The position numbers and the translations under genes are program-made. The notes beneath the pieces are model-generated. The model ran no database searches, was not told the origin of the DNA, and saw only the letters and a program-made list of their open reading frames with translations. Shown piece after piece: positions 10,295-23,744 of a stretch of DNA of 64,000 nucleotides (position 1 is its first letter; each line of letters starts with the position of its first letter). Origin of the DNA: Octopus bimaculoides (taxonomy: Eukaryota); contig NC_068984.1 in NCBI RefSeq assembly GCF_001194135.2, forward strand, positions 122,650,921 to 122,714,920. The letters run 5' to 3'.

Positions 10295-12875
10295 NNNNNN
10301 NNNNNNNNNNNNNNNNNNNNNNNNNNNNNNNNNNNNNNNNNNNNNNNNNNNNNNNNNNNNNNNNNNNNNNNNNNNNNNNNNNNNNNNNNNNNNNNNNNNN
10401 NNNNNNNNNNNNNNNNNNNNNNNNNNNNNNNNNNNNNNNNNNNNNNNNNNNNNNNNNNNNNNNNNNNNNNNNNNNNNNNNNNNNNNNNNNNNNNNNNNNN
10501 NNNNNNNNNNNNNNNNNNNNNNNNNNNNNNNNNNNNNNNNNNNNNNNNNNNNNNNNNNNNNNNNNNNNNNNNNNNNNNNNNNNNNNNNNNNNNNNNNNNN
10601 NNNNNNNNNNNNNNNNNNNNNNNNNNNNNNNNNNNNNNNNNNNNNNNNNNNNNNNNNNNNNNNNNNNNNNNNNNNNNNNNNNNNNNNNNNNNNNNNNNNN
10701 NNNNNNNNNNNNNNNNNNNNNNNNNNNNNNNNNNNNNNNNNNNNNNNNNNNNNNNNNNNNNNNNNNNNNNNNNNNNNNNNNNNNNNNNNNNNAAAAAAAA
10801 AAATGGATGTTTGGATTTGCTTTTTAAATTTTTATTAAAATTAAAGAAATAAAGAAATTATAAGCCTGTCGCTTTTCCGAAGATTGGATCTTTGAATTCG
10901 CTCATGCCATGCTTTTGGCAAATCAGTCTTGTTAATTCGTAGCATATAGATTTCTTTAAACATATTTGTGAGACACGGAACGGTCAAATTTTTAGGTTAC
11001 AATTTTCTGTACCTGTCTCGGTATACGGGACTATTTTTTTTTTCACTGTATCATCCATGGGTGTGTCTTTTCCAGCTATATACTTCATAGACATAGAACT
11101 TCTGGTGGGTGCGCCTTCGTGTAACTACACAAATATTTGTGTACAATCATATAGGTATGGCATCCCCCCCCTCTCTCATATATAGTGTTTGTGTGTGTAC
11201 GTGTTTAACATATATTGTGTTGTAACAATTAAATGCATTAGTGTACTAGTGTGGAAAATGTTAGCTGCGTATGCATTCACTGTATGTGCATACATGTGTA
11301 GTAAATCTAAGTTTTGGCTGCACCCTCGTCTGGCTTTTGTTAATGGTAGATGTGGTGATGGTGGTGGTGGTAATGATAGCTTGGTAGTCGTGATATGATT
11401 GTAGCGGGGATATGGGGTTATAGTAAGAAACTAGCCGTGGCAGTGTTGTGTTATGATCCCATTACCAAGGTTATTATATGGACTTAGGATAAATAATGTG
11501 GTTGTATGATGTTGCAAGCATCAATTACCGTAATAGCAGTCATAAAATCTGTTGTAATAATGGTGGCGGACCAGTTGTGGCAGTGGTGTTGGTAGTATGA
11601 CCTTAAATGGCTGAAAGATAACTCTTTATCATAGGTTACTACTGGTAACATTCCTAGGTACCAATTCTTTATAGATGAACTGAGGAGTTCTTCAGACTAG
11701 GCCATGTAAATTACATGGAAAAACTTTCTACCCTCAAACTCCCAGCTGTCTCTTGGGATAGAGCTAGGTAGAAATGTGAATTGTATTGGATTGGTACCTG
11801 CCTAGGATGATGTTAGTGTCTGATCTAGAATATATTGTTCTGTCACACAAGCACAATGAAATACTAGCAATGGATTTGAGCTCATGACCTAGGAGCAAGT
11901 AGTCCAGTATCTTAACTACTCAACCATTTTCCCTGGGCTTATTATCTGCTATTGAAAAGTGATTTTCATTTTAGTCTCATCCTCTAATCCAGATTTTATT
12001 TATCAATTTATTCATTTATTTGATGAGGCAAGGAAGGAAAAATATAAGTGACTGTGACTGACATATCTTCAGGATGCTATAAAAGAAGCATAGCTGCTTA
12101 ATCAGCCTTGAAAGACTGGAAGGTGAGGTTGATACTAAGCACTGTGTCAAAACAGCCATTGTTAAGATGTTAGTAAAAGTTAGTGTTGACATATTTAATG
12201 CAGGGAGCATTGAACAAGATAACTAGAAATAGTTATGCAATAAAGGGTGGGGAAACAGACAACAATATTAGGTAACTACTAGTATTCAGCTTTTTATTCT
12301 GGCATGAATAACCACTGTAGCCATGTTTAGCATTATTCTGACCTCACCAGCAAAGAATTGCTTTTACTGTACTTGCTGAAGTAGTGATGGAAGAATTATT
12401 AAGTAACTGTACAAGGTTTCTACATTGTTATGTGCAGTCTTGCACAGTTTACTTTCAAATGCTGTAATCAAGTAAAATAATTTGGAGAATCTGAATTATT
12501 TATCAAAATTGGTTTTATCAATATGCAAGCCAAAGTAGTGAGCTGGCAGAATTGTTAAAGCATCATACAAAATGCCTAACAGTATTTCTTCCACCTTTTT
12601 ATGTTCTGAGTTCGAATTTTTCCGAGACCAACTTCGTCTTTCATCCTTTCAAGGTTAATAAAATAAGTACCAGTCAGTTACTGAGTGTTGGTGTAATCAA
12701 CTGTACCCCCCCCCCCAAAAAAAAATATATTTCAGACCTTGTGTATTGAATTATATACAAACCACCTTTCTTTTTAATAACTAGAATTAACTTACCTTAC
12801 AAATGTTTGCTCTAACTCTAGATAGATCATAACTGACTATATTTTAGTATGATCTGAATTCTGGACCACAAATAT

Positions 12876-13140
12876 GAGTTAAGTACAAGTTCACTTAATG
12901 TAGTGAACTAAAAATTATTGTTAATCTATATGGGAATTATATCTATAGTGAAGAGATGTTATTAGCATTAATGGAAGAATTATCTCCAAATATGCAAGTA
13001 AGAAAACATCAGGATTTTAGTTAACTAGAAATTAAATGGAGATATGCAAAAGTGAAGGATTTAGTTAGAGCTTTGGAAGCAGAGGTGATGTGACCATATG
13101 TATTTCAGTCTTATTAGACCATCAGTGAAGCCTATTTATA

Positions 13141-13181
<41 letters not shown>

Positions 13182-14156
13182 TAACCATACCATATTGAGC
13201 TAATAAGAGCAAGTCTATGTGGTTAGTCAACATGTAGAAAAGGTTAACCCAGTCCCTTGCAAATCACACCCTACTGATGACTAACAAAAATGATAGGATT
13301 GCATTGGATCATGTAGTTTTAAATATACAATGTCTATATAAAAGTTTGGATGGTTACTGCTGAAATATCTTTTCGTCATAGACCTACAGGATTGGGGCTG
13401 TCCTAGGACTAAACAACAAGAGTCTAGCATGACGTAAGAGTTCCTAAGTAGGCTAAGAGATTGTTCAGGAGTTATTTGAGACACGAGTAGTGAAGTGCCT
13501 TAATCAATAACAAACATGCAGTACATATATTGGTTAAAAGGTACATTAAATCTGAAGATGTTTGGTTTCACAGTTGAATAGTAATTTTCCATACTGCAGA
13601 AGTGTCTAGCTATGATGAATATGTCAAAGAATATTGAGGATGATATGTTTATGTGTATACACAAACTGACACATTAACCTACATGTATACAATATTGAAC
13701 TAACCAGATGTGATCTTTTACAGAGTAGTTAGTGTAGGAAGTACTCTTCTTCTGAATATACCACTTTTAAAGCTATTGTTGATTGAGAATTATCTTAATT
13801 CAAGGGCCTCAAATGAGGTAGAGAACTCTGAACTCACTATACTATTACTCATGGGGCATTTGTAATAGATAACAAATACACCATACATATGTTCACAGAG
13901 TTAAGTACTAGTTCACTTAATGTAGTGAACTAAAAATTATTGTTAATCTATATGGGAATTATATCTGTAGTGAAAAGAGATGTCATTAGCATTAATGGAA
14001 GAATTATTCTCCAAATATGCAAGAAAACATCAGGATTTTAGTTAACTAGAAATTAAATGGAGATATGCAAAAGTGAAGGATTTAGTTAGAGCTTTGGAGG
14101 CAGAAGTGGTGAGACCATATGTATTTCAGTCTTATTAGACCATCAGTGAAGTCTAT
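12876..14156 (+). repeat. Local direct duplication of about 260 bp (12876-13135 and 13898-14156)
   Basis: Directly alignable, about 95% identical by eye; not a family seen elsewhere in the window. Confidence 0.9.
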
Positions 14157-14559
14157 ACAGCTCTCAAGACTATAAGCATAAATAGAAAATATAGTCTTTG
14201 ATGTGAAAATTCCATAGAAGTGAGATAGTGCAATGGAGAAATTATAAGTCATGCACTGCAATATACTGCAGGTATTTCGTAATGTTTCTGGGCTGAATAT
14301 TTTATCTACTTGCTTCTATTTACCTACTTTATTTAGAAGTGTTATGTACCTGAGTATCTCTACATTGTTACCTATCATAGATAACATTCTAATCAGAAAA
14401 CAGTGTTTCTGTTATAGATCATTTTTTTTTTCCACATTGTCTCAGTTCATCCAGCCATTGTCAGGAGTAGCTACTAGATAATCTGAGGGAAAGTCAGATG
14501 TGATACTGATGATCTATCCACAGAAAGATTTCTCCCATATTTATTATAGGTTGTGTTGA

Positions 14560-14800
14560 TATCAACGATGTCTATCTAGATATGTAGTCTCAACTTGTAG
14601 TATCAGTAATAGATTGCTCTTCTCCATAGGTTTACTATCTTGACCTGCTGTAATTCACTTGTGTTAATGTACTATCTCAAATTGTGTTTAACCATATCTT
14701 TGTATCTCGGTTGGGGATACACTCTGATTTCTCATCTATCTAGTCAGCTGAGAAAATAGTATTTGCAGGTTGCCACTTGATATCTATCATCCATAACACC
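14560..14800 (-). pseudogene. RTE-clade LINE ORF2 C-terminal relic
   Basis: Frameshifted minus-strand translation QILFSQL..RNQ..PQPRYKDMVKHNL..LWRRAI matches the RTE pattern KQI.Y.EL..G.R..G..K.RYKD..K.NL. Confidence 0.55.
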
Positions 14801-15179
14801 ATAAAAACAGATATAAGCAGTGACCCTTACAAGCCCTTCCGATTTAAGTAAGGCACTTGTATTTACAAGGAACACATTTGTGTGCAAAAATCCAACAAGT
14901 ACAGAATGATTTGATTCAGTAACACAAAAGGACTGCACAGGTTGAGGGCAGTGGCACTGCCAAGATATGATTACTAGTTATGTGGGCAGAAGTATTAAAA
15001 GTATTAAATTATTTAATTAGTTGAAATATAATCAAACATGCAGTAAACAAAACTATTAAGAGACACTCCAGTTTGTCTTATATATATATATATACATATA
15101 CACACACACACACATAACGCTATCAGTTGCTCTCATATCTGGGACAGTGCTACTGGCTACACATACACACACTGTAGCA

Positions 15180-15540
15180 CATCCAAAAGAAGGTCTTCAA
15201 CTGATTGGGAATGATTCATTCACCAACACACTACAACCATTGGCTCATAAGCATTCTGTTTCTTCTCACTGTCTCTACTACAACTACTACAGCAGCAGCA
15301 GCATTATCTGTTTATCTGAACTAGCATGTGTGTCTTAACATCTCACCAAACCTAATTCATCAACCTCTGTCTCTCGTAATCCCACCACTCCCATATTACA
15401 TCTTACTTATCAAACCCATATTAAAATCTATATCCAATCCTTCTTGCTTAGAATTGCATCCCTCTAAAATTCACTTTCTGCCTGTGTTTCTCTTACATTC
15501 ACCAGCCTACAACAGTTCAGGTTGAACATTAACCATAGAG
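15180..15540 (+). pseudogene. Jockey/CR1-group LINE RT C-terminal relic
   Basis: EGLQLIGNDSFTNTLQPLAHKHSVSSHCLYYNYY..SELA and IQSFLLRIASL*NSL resemble the A.RLIG..L...LQ.LAHRR.V.SL.LFYRYY..CS.ELA / SFF.R...LWNSLP motif. Confidence 0.6.
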
Positions 15541-18435
15541 ATTGCTTGGCAAAGTCCTACAGAAAGCCATGGGCTCTTCCCCACCTCCTCATCTCCTTTA
15601 TTCTATGTGCAAATATGTTTGTTAAATACAAGTTCTGAGTTAAGGTCAGTGCTTATCATTGCTTTTATAGCACGAAGCAGAATTTTTACTTGCACAGAAT
15701 AAAAGACTATTCCTGATAGTCTGCTTATTATTCCTGACTACAGCTAAGTGAACAGAGGCGATGTAGAATATACTATACCACTACAGATTGTTTGGTAAGA
15801 AGTAAATCTCCCACAGTATAGACACTAATGTATAAGTAACATTCCAAGATGATTCCTTAGGTGAACTGAAGTAATGTAGAATATAATGTCCTGTTAAATA
15901 ATCCAACGAAATGCCTGCAGTAGATTTGAACTTGTGATTTACAAGCAAGTAGTCCAATATCTTCACCAGCAGGCCATCCTGAACTTGGAATGTCATTGGA
16001 CTGTGTTGCATGATTCTAGTTTCTGTAGTGCTAGGTCATGAGATATATCTGCCTTTAAAATAGGACACCTGTCACAATGCAGGTAATATCTTTTTTTTCT
16101 CTATTTCAAGCTAACAAAACCTTTGTCACTTTAATCATTGTACTCCTCTTGCCATATCATATTGAGTAGAACTACTCTGAAACATGGAATCTGAAGAAAC
16201 TTGTGATGGTCGTATTTCAGGAGCCTATAATAGGTCTCAGGCTTATCATAAACAACTATTATAAGCAATTTGGTGTTTCCTTCCAAATTCTTCCACCCAT
16301 GATACTTTTTACAGTCACTTCAACAAGTCTCCTGCTTTCAGAACAGTCCGTATATTTTGTATTTCTCATTTATGTTACCATTATAAGTCTGGGATCTATT
16401 AATGGTTGTACCAATAGAAGAATTTGTTCAATTCAGTTGTGTGAGGAATGAAGAATTGTATTGTATAGAGCTCTTACTCTTTGGCTATAATCTAAAGGTA
16501 ACTATTTACAACTGGGTAGATTCAGAGCTCTCTTAACAACATTACCCTGTTGCAAAGCTATGCATTGAGACCTATATGTGTGTGTATTGACCACAAACCA
16601 TAGCATACATGGATTACCATTGGACCCTTAAGCCATGGGATCCCCCTCTCAGCAACTACTTTTCATGCTCACGCATGGATGGATAGGAATGAATGTCACT
16701 GTGCATTTACCTCACTTTCTGAGTAGTATTTTTGAGAAAATCTCGTCTAGGTTAACCAAAGCACAAAGAATGGAATTTGATAGACAGAAACTGATGGGAA
16801 GCTCGTTGGAGGTACCGTTTCTGTTTGGCACAAGGCTAGCAATTTGAGAAGATGGGACAAACCGATTGTACCGACCTCAGTACTTGACTAATACTTTATT
16901 TTATCAACCCCCCAAAAAATGAAAAGCAAAGTTGAACTCGAGCTCTCAAAGAGTTGGAAAGAATTCCACAAAGTGTTTTATCCGGTGCAGCAACGATTTT
17001 GCTAGCTCGGTGAATATTAAAACAGATACATCAAGCCGGCATCAGGATAAGAAGAGCTGACCCCCCCCCCCCCTTTTTTTTCTTTTTGTCTGTTGATTGA
17101 ATTAGAAGAGGAAGAGTGGCACGCGTGAATCTTTTCAACGCTCCCGGGACAGGTGGGAGTAGGTTTTCATCAGACCGTAGATCTGGCCCGAATGCTTGCA
17201 ATATACCGGACTCGGCAATATAAGGCGCCCAAAGTGCCAAGCAGCGGTGGTGACAACAAACCGGGCGACAGATCAAGTTCTCAGCTAACTTGTCAACTCA
17301 ACGAATCTGTGGTGATTATGGGCTATGAGGAGATTATTAGACATGAATTGTCCGATCGAGCAGTCCTAATGTCTGTCTAAGGCCACAGAATCCGGTATGC
17401 CGTCTGTGTGTGTGTGTGTTGAGACGGCTGCTATTTCTAAGACAAGCGCCTATCCTATGTAAAGACTCGTTCGTTGGTTCGATTTATTGGCATTTTGAAA
17501 CGGTTGATACCTCTCACCTACAATGTATTCTTTCATATTCCAACAAGAAAGAAATAAAATGACTATTTTTTAGTGGTTCTTAAATGCACAGCTAAAAGAA
17601 AGTGCCTTAAAGGTTGTTGGAATTTAACAGACATTAATGTCAGTAATAACGATTCTAATGACCAAGCTTTCGGTAATACGACGCTGTCTTATATAATAAA
17701 CAACGTAACAGTGAACACCTCAATTTATTAAATGAAATTTAACCGCTGGATGATGTGTTGATGAGGGCATTCTCGATTTTTGTAGGTGGAGATATCGAGG
17801 AAGACATTAAATGTATTTTCTTTTTAAGACGACCGCTCGACTTGCTAGAAATAGTATCCAAAATGCTTTCCTATCACTCCCTACGAAGTGGGGGTATCCT
17901 CGTTGGTTCGTAGTGTATGTATGACGGCATTTTTATTGAATGAGTGAAGAATGTTGCTCGGCTGGGACGAGCGATGATGAATTCTGTATCAGGTCGGCTC
18001 TATAACAACTCCGAATGTTTTAAAATAACTCTGTCACGCCGTGAATATTTGAATTTTAAATACGCAACTCACCCGAGTTCGCACACACATACACAGAGAG
18101 AAAAGTGAGCCTCGCTACATAGACGTTCAGCATGCTAGAAATGGCAGCTAAATTCCCCATAGCCCACATATTGCCATCTTAAGAAAAAAAAATGTTTTGA
18201 ATAGATTGTCTGAAATTAAGATTAGATGATCATAATTGGAGCGGATTGGTCACATCTATTTGGTCAGAATTGACCTGTGACCACTAAATAATAACAAAAA
18301 CGCTCATACACATACATGCAGTGTTGAAGTAAATGGATTTGGATCTCCGTTAGTTTCAACGATGATTGTTCCAGTTATTCATTCAACTGAATGAAAGTAT
18401 ATGTGATTGATTGAACATTTTACATACATTTGTAC

Positions 18436-18594
18436 CTTTATTTGTACTGAATCCCAGGCGGAGTTTGCGCTTTTTGAATCACAGGTACAGTGTACCTCTG
18501 ACAGAATCAGCGTGTCAGTGTAACTGGACGGAAATTTTTGCATTACACACACGGAAGATCCATCGGACACCTTTCTGCAATTTCGGCACCCCAT
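18436..18594 (-). CDS. Weak candidate first coding exon MGCRNCRKVSDG...WDSVQIK
   Basis: aaatcATGG Kozak context, open for 53 codons, donors aag|gtacaa (phase 0) or aat|gtatgt at 18427; poly-T acceptor upstream. Could be chance. Confidence 0.25.
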
Positions 18595-19619
18595 GATTTC
18601 TCTCAAATCAGAACTATCGTCCTAAAAACCGCTACAAAAAAAAAAAAAAAAAAAAAAAAAAATGATAAAAGCGTGGGGGTAGAGAAGGTCACATTGGTTG
18701 GTATATTGTATTATACTACACATCTGTCTACTGGGTCACATTGTGTTACAATGAAAGACTGTTTGTGTGGTCATGTCACCCACATATGCAAATCTTTAAA
18801 TGTTTGGGAGTGAATGAGGACATCCCACTAACAAAATTGTCAGTGAAAGTAGCTTTGGATGTTTTGTCTTCATAATGACAGCAACACTCACGTACGCGCC
18901 TCACACACACACACATACACATCTCGCTCCCTTTCTCTCTCTATATATATGGATATGTCTATGTCAGTATAAAATGTGCGTCCTGATTCACTGTCCTAAA
19001 TAATATTGAAAATAATGATAATTGTAGTATTAGTAGCTATAACCATACCATTCTAGCAGTGGTGGTGGCGGCAACGAGTGTAATAAATGGGTGTTTGCTG
19101 GTTTTTGGTAGGTCGGGATAAATGGAAATCGAAACCGAGTCAACTTGCACTATACATCCGTCCCAAACGCAGTACTGGGACCTACTTAGCTAGCCTCTAA
19201 GCGACCGCTCTGTGTGCTAGAAATAGTTGCCGGATTTCATTCACCACTCTCTTAGCAGGAAACTTTGAATGATGTGATCCGAGATACTTTTTTTCCTTTC
19301 AGAATTTAGTCAGTCGGATCGATCCCATTACTTATTTCGGACAGCATAAACACACACATACAGAATTTCCGCCTGTCAAATTTCACTCACGAGGACATTG
19401 ATCAACACTAGGAGGCTATAAGAACAAAGGTGAAAGGCAGTGGAACCGAACCCGGAATAACCTGATTACGAAGTGAGCTTCTTAACCACACAGCCATGCG
19501 CAGGCCTTTCAAAAAGGAAAAGGTGACCATGGCTGGAAAGTCTGTTAATCGCAGACCTGATTGATAAAGGGCTAACTTGGAGCTAAATCAGAAAAGGAAG
19601 AACACATCTTTCCACAGGT

Positions 19620-20760
19620 GTCAGAAAATAAGCGTGCACACACCTGTAACGTCTTTGATCGTGGGTCTGTCCTAGAACTTGTACTGAAACCTCTCTCTCG
19701 GGCATTCATTCATAAACGATAACGAAGCTGCTAACATCTAGCCTTCGGTTGCCTTGGACCCTTCTGTCCTACATCCTGATTGGTTCTTATTTGCGCGGCA
19801 ATTGTCCCCATGTTCTGCTTGCTAAGGGGGCATTACGTCCAATCGTGGTTTGAGATAAGGTCACGTGAGATAGAGTTTTTCTGGGTTTCCGGTGAGCCCT
19901 ATTTCGCCTATAAATAAGTCCGAACCAACGACGGCAATCTTCTTCAATTCTAGATCTCTCACAGGTCTGGTCGTTGACCACACATATACAAAACACAGCT
20001 ACTGCTAGTTCCAGCGCCGACGTCTTCACCACCAATGTACTGTCTACCATTGTCGTCGCCAGCAACACCAACATCGACAAGCGCGGTTTTATCTCGACGC
20101 TGTTGAGTGGATTGTTTCCACCACGAACAACAGTCAGAACTAACCAGCCAGAATATACTATACCAGGTAACACAGGTCGCAGCATTCGNNNNNNNNNNGA
20201 ACAACAGTCAGAACTAACCAGCCAGAATATACTATACCAGGTAACACAGGTCGCAGCATTCGACGCTCAACACACATTGTGATACCACAGCTCTGCTACT
20301 TGGCCACAACTTCCTGCGTATGAACATTCTAAATCTTGTGTAACTCTAATACGAACTGGTATTTCTCTATCTCAGTGTTTAAGACTTTTTACAGACACTC
20401 TTTCTATATTCTGTGTTTTTCTCATTCACACGCACACTTGTACACTCACATATTGTACACGCACTATTGTTTATACGACTGTCCGTCACTTCACATTGTT
20501 GTATACCTTCTCTTGTACGCAAAGGCCTACTGTGTTAATTATATATGTCGCATGCACGCGCACACAAACACAAACAGTTTCACTATGTTTATAAACTTAC
20601 TCTCATTATAAATCATACTGGCACTTGGCTTGTATCACTCACGCTGAGCCTTCTATATATATATTTATATATATATATCTTGTATTTTGTGTTCGACCGT
20701 GCGACGTGGTAAAAGGGAGCCTTTTCCGTCTACGTCGCCATCTCCTTTGGTTTGCACAGT
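19620..20760 (+). mobile_element. LTR-like segment with Pol II core promoter motifs
   Basis: Reverse CCAAT at 19776, CCAAT at 19839, E-box CACGTG at 19862, TATAAATA at 19909; CpG-rich non-host-like composition. Termini and TSD not resolved. Confidence 0.35.
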
Positions 20761-21981
20761 CGAAGTATTACAAACTAAAGAATTTTTCAATTATTGCATT
20801 AATTTACCTTATTTTAGATTCTCTCTGTGCTATTTTATCCAAATGTTCTGATATAGGACGCATAGGGGATAAGTTGACCAATGTTATAACTCCTACTGCA
20901 ACCAGGACGCCGTTTTGTGGACAACCTATCTGCTGGAAGTAGCAGTTAAATGCCCCACATACGGCGGTTTTACATTAAAACAAAAAATAAAGGATAATGT
21001 GATACGGAGTACGTTATTTCTGGAAATAAAACGAAGTGGTCATATCTAGAATGCCTTTGACCACTCGTCTGCTCGATCAGATTCTATGTGGATGAGGGTG
21101 CTAAATAAAGTACTGCAGTCACCATTTTTCATGATGGTTTGTTTTGGACAGGTAGACAGTGTTCGAAATTGAAAGCTATTAAATACAGATTGATCATTTA
21201 TTTTATTTAGCATCCATGAATAAATTTTCGTCCTGTTTCGGCAGCTGAACTTCAGCTCCTCTCCTATCGCCGGAACATTTGCTTCTTTATCTCTACTCTC
21301 TAAATACTCTGATAGTCCTTGATCTTGTCGGTCTTTTCTTCGCTTGTATCACCTCTTAAAGTTTACTAATAGAGTGGGTCGCCTTTTCTCTATTGTTGTC
21401 CCCTTCTGTAAAGTCATGTCGTACGAACCTTCCTTGTTTCTCAGATAAATATGATTCTAATTCTTTTAGATCTACGATCGTTTTTTGTTCTTAGGGCAGC
21501 TTCTCATTAATTCAATATAGTAAAATGTTGCGTGGGGCCTGTTTTGTTGCTTGGCGCCTATTTTATTGCTTGTTGCTTAGCGTCTTGTTAAACTGTGTGG
21601 GAAGCAGAAACTGGAAGTTTGAACGTTTCAGACTCTGATTCTTCGTCAAGAAACACACTGGAAAAAATGAGAATAAACAAAAAACGATTCTATAGTAGAT
21701 AAAAGAATATCGGTAAATTTATCCGTGCAAAACTTAGTTTTCAATCTTTATGATATATAAAAAATATATATATATTGTATTTCGACGGTAGAATGTCAGT
21801 AAAATATAAGGATTCTCTGAGTTGTTTGTAAGGTAGACTGAAAATTAGATTTCAGTTATTCGAGGTCTACCTTTCTTATTAGGTATTAAAGGTGAAATTT
21901 AAGTCCAGCCTCTATTCTTAGCTAACATTTTGAGGTTTAAACTGACCCCACTTCTTGTATTTCCTAACTATAACATCATAT

Positions 21982-22115
21982 AACGATTATTGAAAAGGTT
22001 GCAAGACGCAACGAAAATTTTAGACAAAATAAATATATAAATGAGTGGAAATCGAACCGGTGAGTGTGTTAAATAATAAGATACGAAAAGAGAATGACTC
22101 TCCCGAGACGATAAA
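21982..22115 (+). mobile_element. Single arm of the foldback repeat family seen at 23.8 and 48.1 kb
   Basis: ttgaaaaggttgcaagacgcaacgaaaatttt..gagtggaaatcgaaccggtgagtgtgttaaataataag, shared with both other copies. Confidence 0.8.
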
Positions 22116-23029
22116 TATTCGTATGAAGAGATAAAGCATTAAGCCAATTCTTCTCAGACGCTCGTTCTTTCTTTCCATTTCGATTCCAGACAACTATCCT
22201 GCTACAGCCAACGAGATTTTGACAGTTTTAAAGTTGAAAGAAAGAGAAATATTTCATGTTGGACGAAGTATTTCTCTTCTGTTGCTTCAGTGTGTGTGTG
22301 CGTGTGATTTTTGGTTATTCAGCATTTTAACGTTCGATATATGACTGGATAATCACTGTTTTCATTTATGTAATTGTGTATAGTAGTACTCTTATCAAAT
22401 CTAGCCACTGCGTGTTACGAGAGAGCCTCTACATGGTAGCTTGACCTCCTAGAAATAGCATCCAAATCTACCTCAAATCACACCCTGCTATTTCAAAAGC
22501 AGAAATAACCCATAGGATAACTTTTTTTTATTATTTGTATAATCTGGAGAAAGGAGCAGTGCCCATACTATTCGCGGCCCTTCCCAGGCGGGTGAAATTG
22601 GTGCTATTAATGTCTCTCTTGAACCTTGGCTAAGTCAAACACCTAGGTAAGATATAAGCTTACCAGAAAGAAGGATTAGACGTAGTAATTAGTGAGGTGC
22701 TGGACACTATAAGGATGCTGAAAAGATGAGAGTGCGAATGGAACGGAAGTGCCTATGTGGTGGTGGCATGGACCCAACCACCTCCAAAGAGTGGAGGCCA
22801 TTTATTAAGTGGATGAAGTGACAGGTAGAGCAGGCAGTGGGCTCGTAGTTGTGAGTGACTTTATGCTTCTTTTCTAGATGTTGTCTTGGATTCGTGCGTG
22901 TAGCAGTAACACCGATCCATATTTAAGAACAACATTGAAGCCTCATCCAAGTTTTGTCGCATATCAATAATTGTCGGGGGCTGAAGTGTCTTTTGGCTCT
23001 GCGGAGAGGGGCCAGTCATCGGTATGCGA

Positions 23030-23250
23030 TTCTATGTTACGGATGTGCTTTCGCCGAGAGATTCCCAGTTGTCACTGTTAGAGATCAGGTTTATTGGATC
23101 AAGGCTAACCTGTGACTAAGCAACAACGTTGATGTTTGGTAATCCCTTGCTTCCCGTATATTTTTGTTTGCAGATGACCTGAACTATCACCCGCAATCAA
23201 TGGGAACTTTCACATGTATTGAGGGTCGGAGGATTAAGTGATTAGTCTTA
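23030..23250 (+). pseudogene. Non-LTR reverse transcriptase relic
   Basis: In-frame ..SLASRIFLFADDLNY (FADD at 23167-23178) preceded by AFAERFPVVTV-like text; interrupted by stops. Confidence 0.4.
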
Positions 23251-23744
23251 GAAGCTTGTTTCAATTCAACAGCAACTGCACATTTACATGAAACAAACTC
23301 AACTCTGTCAAGCCAAAGAAGAATCTTCTACAAGGTTACTCAACCTACTAGAAATAGCAGTTGTATTTCCCTCAAGTCATACATCTATTGCTTAAGAAAA
23401 AACGAAGGAATATATTAGATATCTTTCCTCTAAAAAAAACTCAATTATGACGGCTAAAGCGCGTTTGTTTAATCAGAATTTTAGGTGGCAAAGCAATGCA
23501 CTGGAGCCTCTACACACAACCACAAAAATTGTAATTTATTTTAAAGATGTATATTTTCAATAACAACAAATATTTATAGCTTATTATAGTGTTTATTTAT
23601 AGACAGTAAGCCACAGCAAAGACAGGTTAGTGTTGGGGCCCCTAGAGCCACAAGGCTCTCGGACTAGTGTGACCGTACCTTGAGACAGCACTGTATATAG
23701 GCCTTACTCTCTCTCACTCACACACACACACAACCCGTTATATA

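Noticed and set aside
11076-11154. Possible + exon (tttccag| ... ag|gtatgg)
   Set aside because: Only one open frame, phase incompatible with neighbouring candidates and peptide unrecognisable; may be a UTR exon or chance.
17105-17185. Minus-strand CTGATGA...GAAA hammerhead-like spacing
   Set aside because: Stem II pairing is broken next to the core and no stem I partner exists in a type I or type III topology.
19974-20190. ORF containing DKRGFISTLLSGLF, resembling a cleavage site plus fusion peptide
   Set aside because: No ATG start, no signal peptide, short, and lies in probable LTR leader sequence.
20146-20262. Exact duplication of about 63 bp either side of a 10-N gap
   Set aside because: Typical contig-overlap artefact.
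21230-21680. Purine-rich minus-strand stretch with coding-like pieces (LKELESYLSEKQGRF..)
   Set aside because: Multiple stops in all frames and no recognisable motif; probably an unidentifiable transposon relic.
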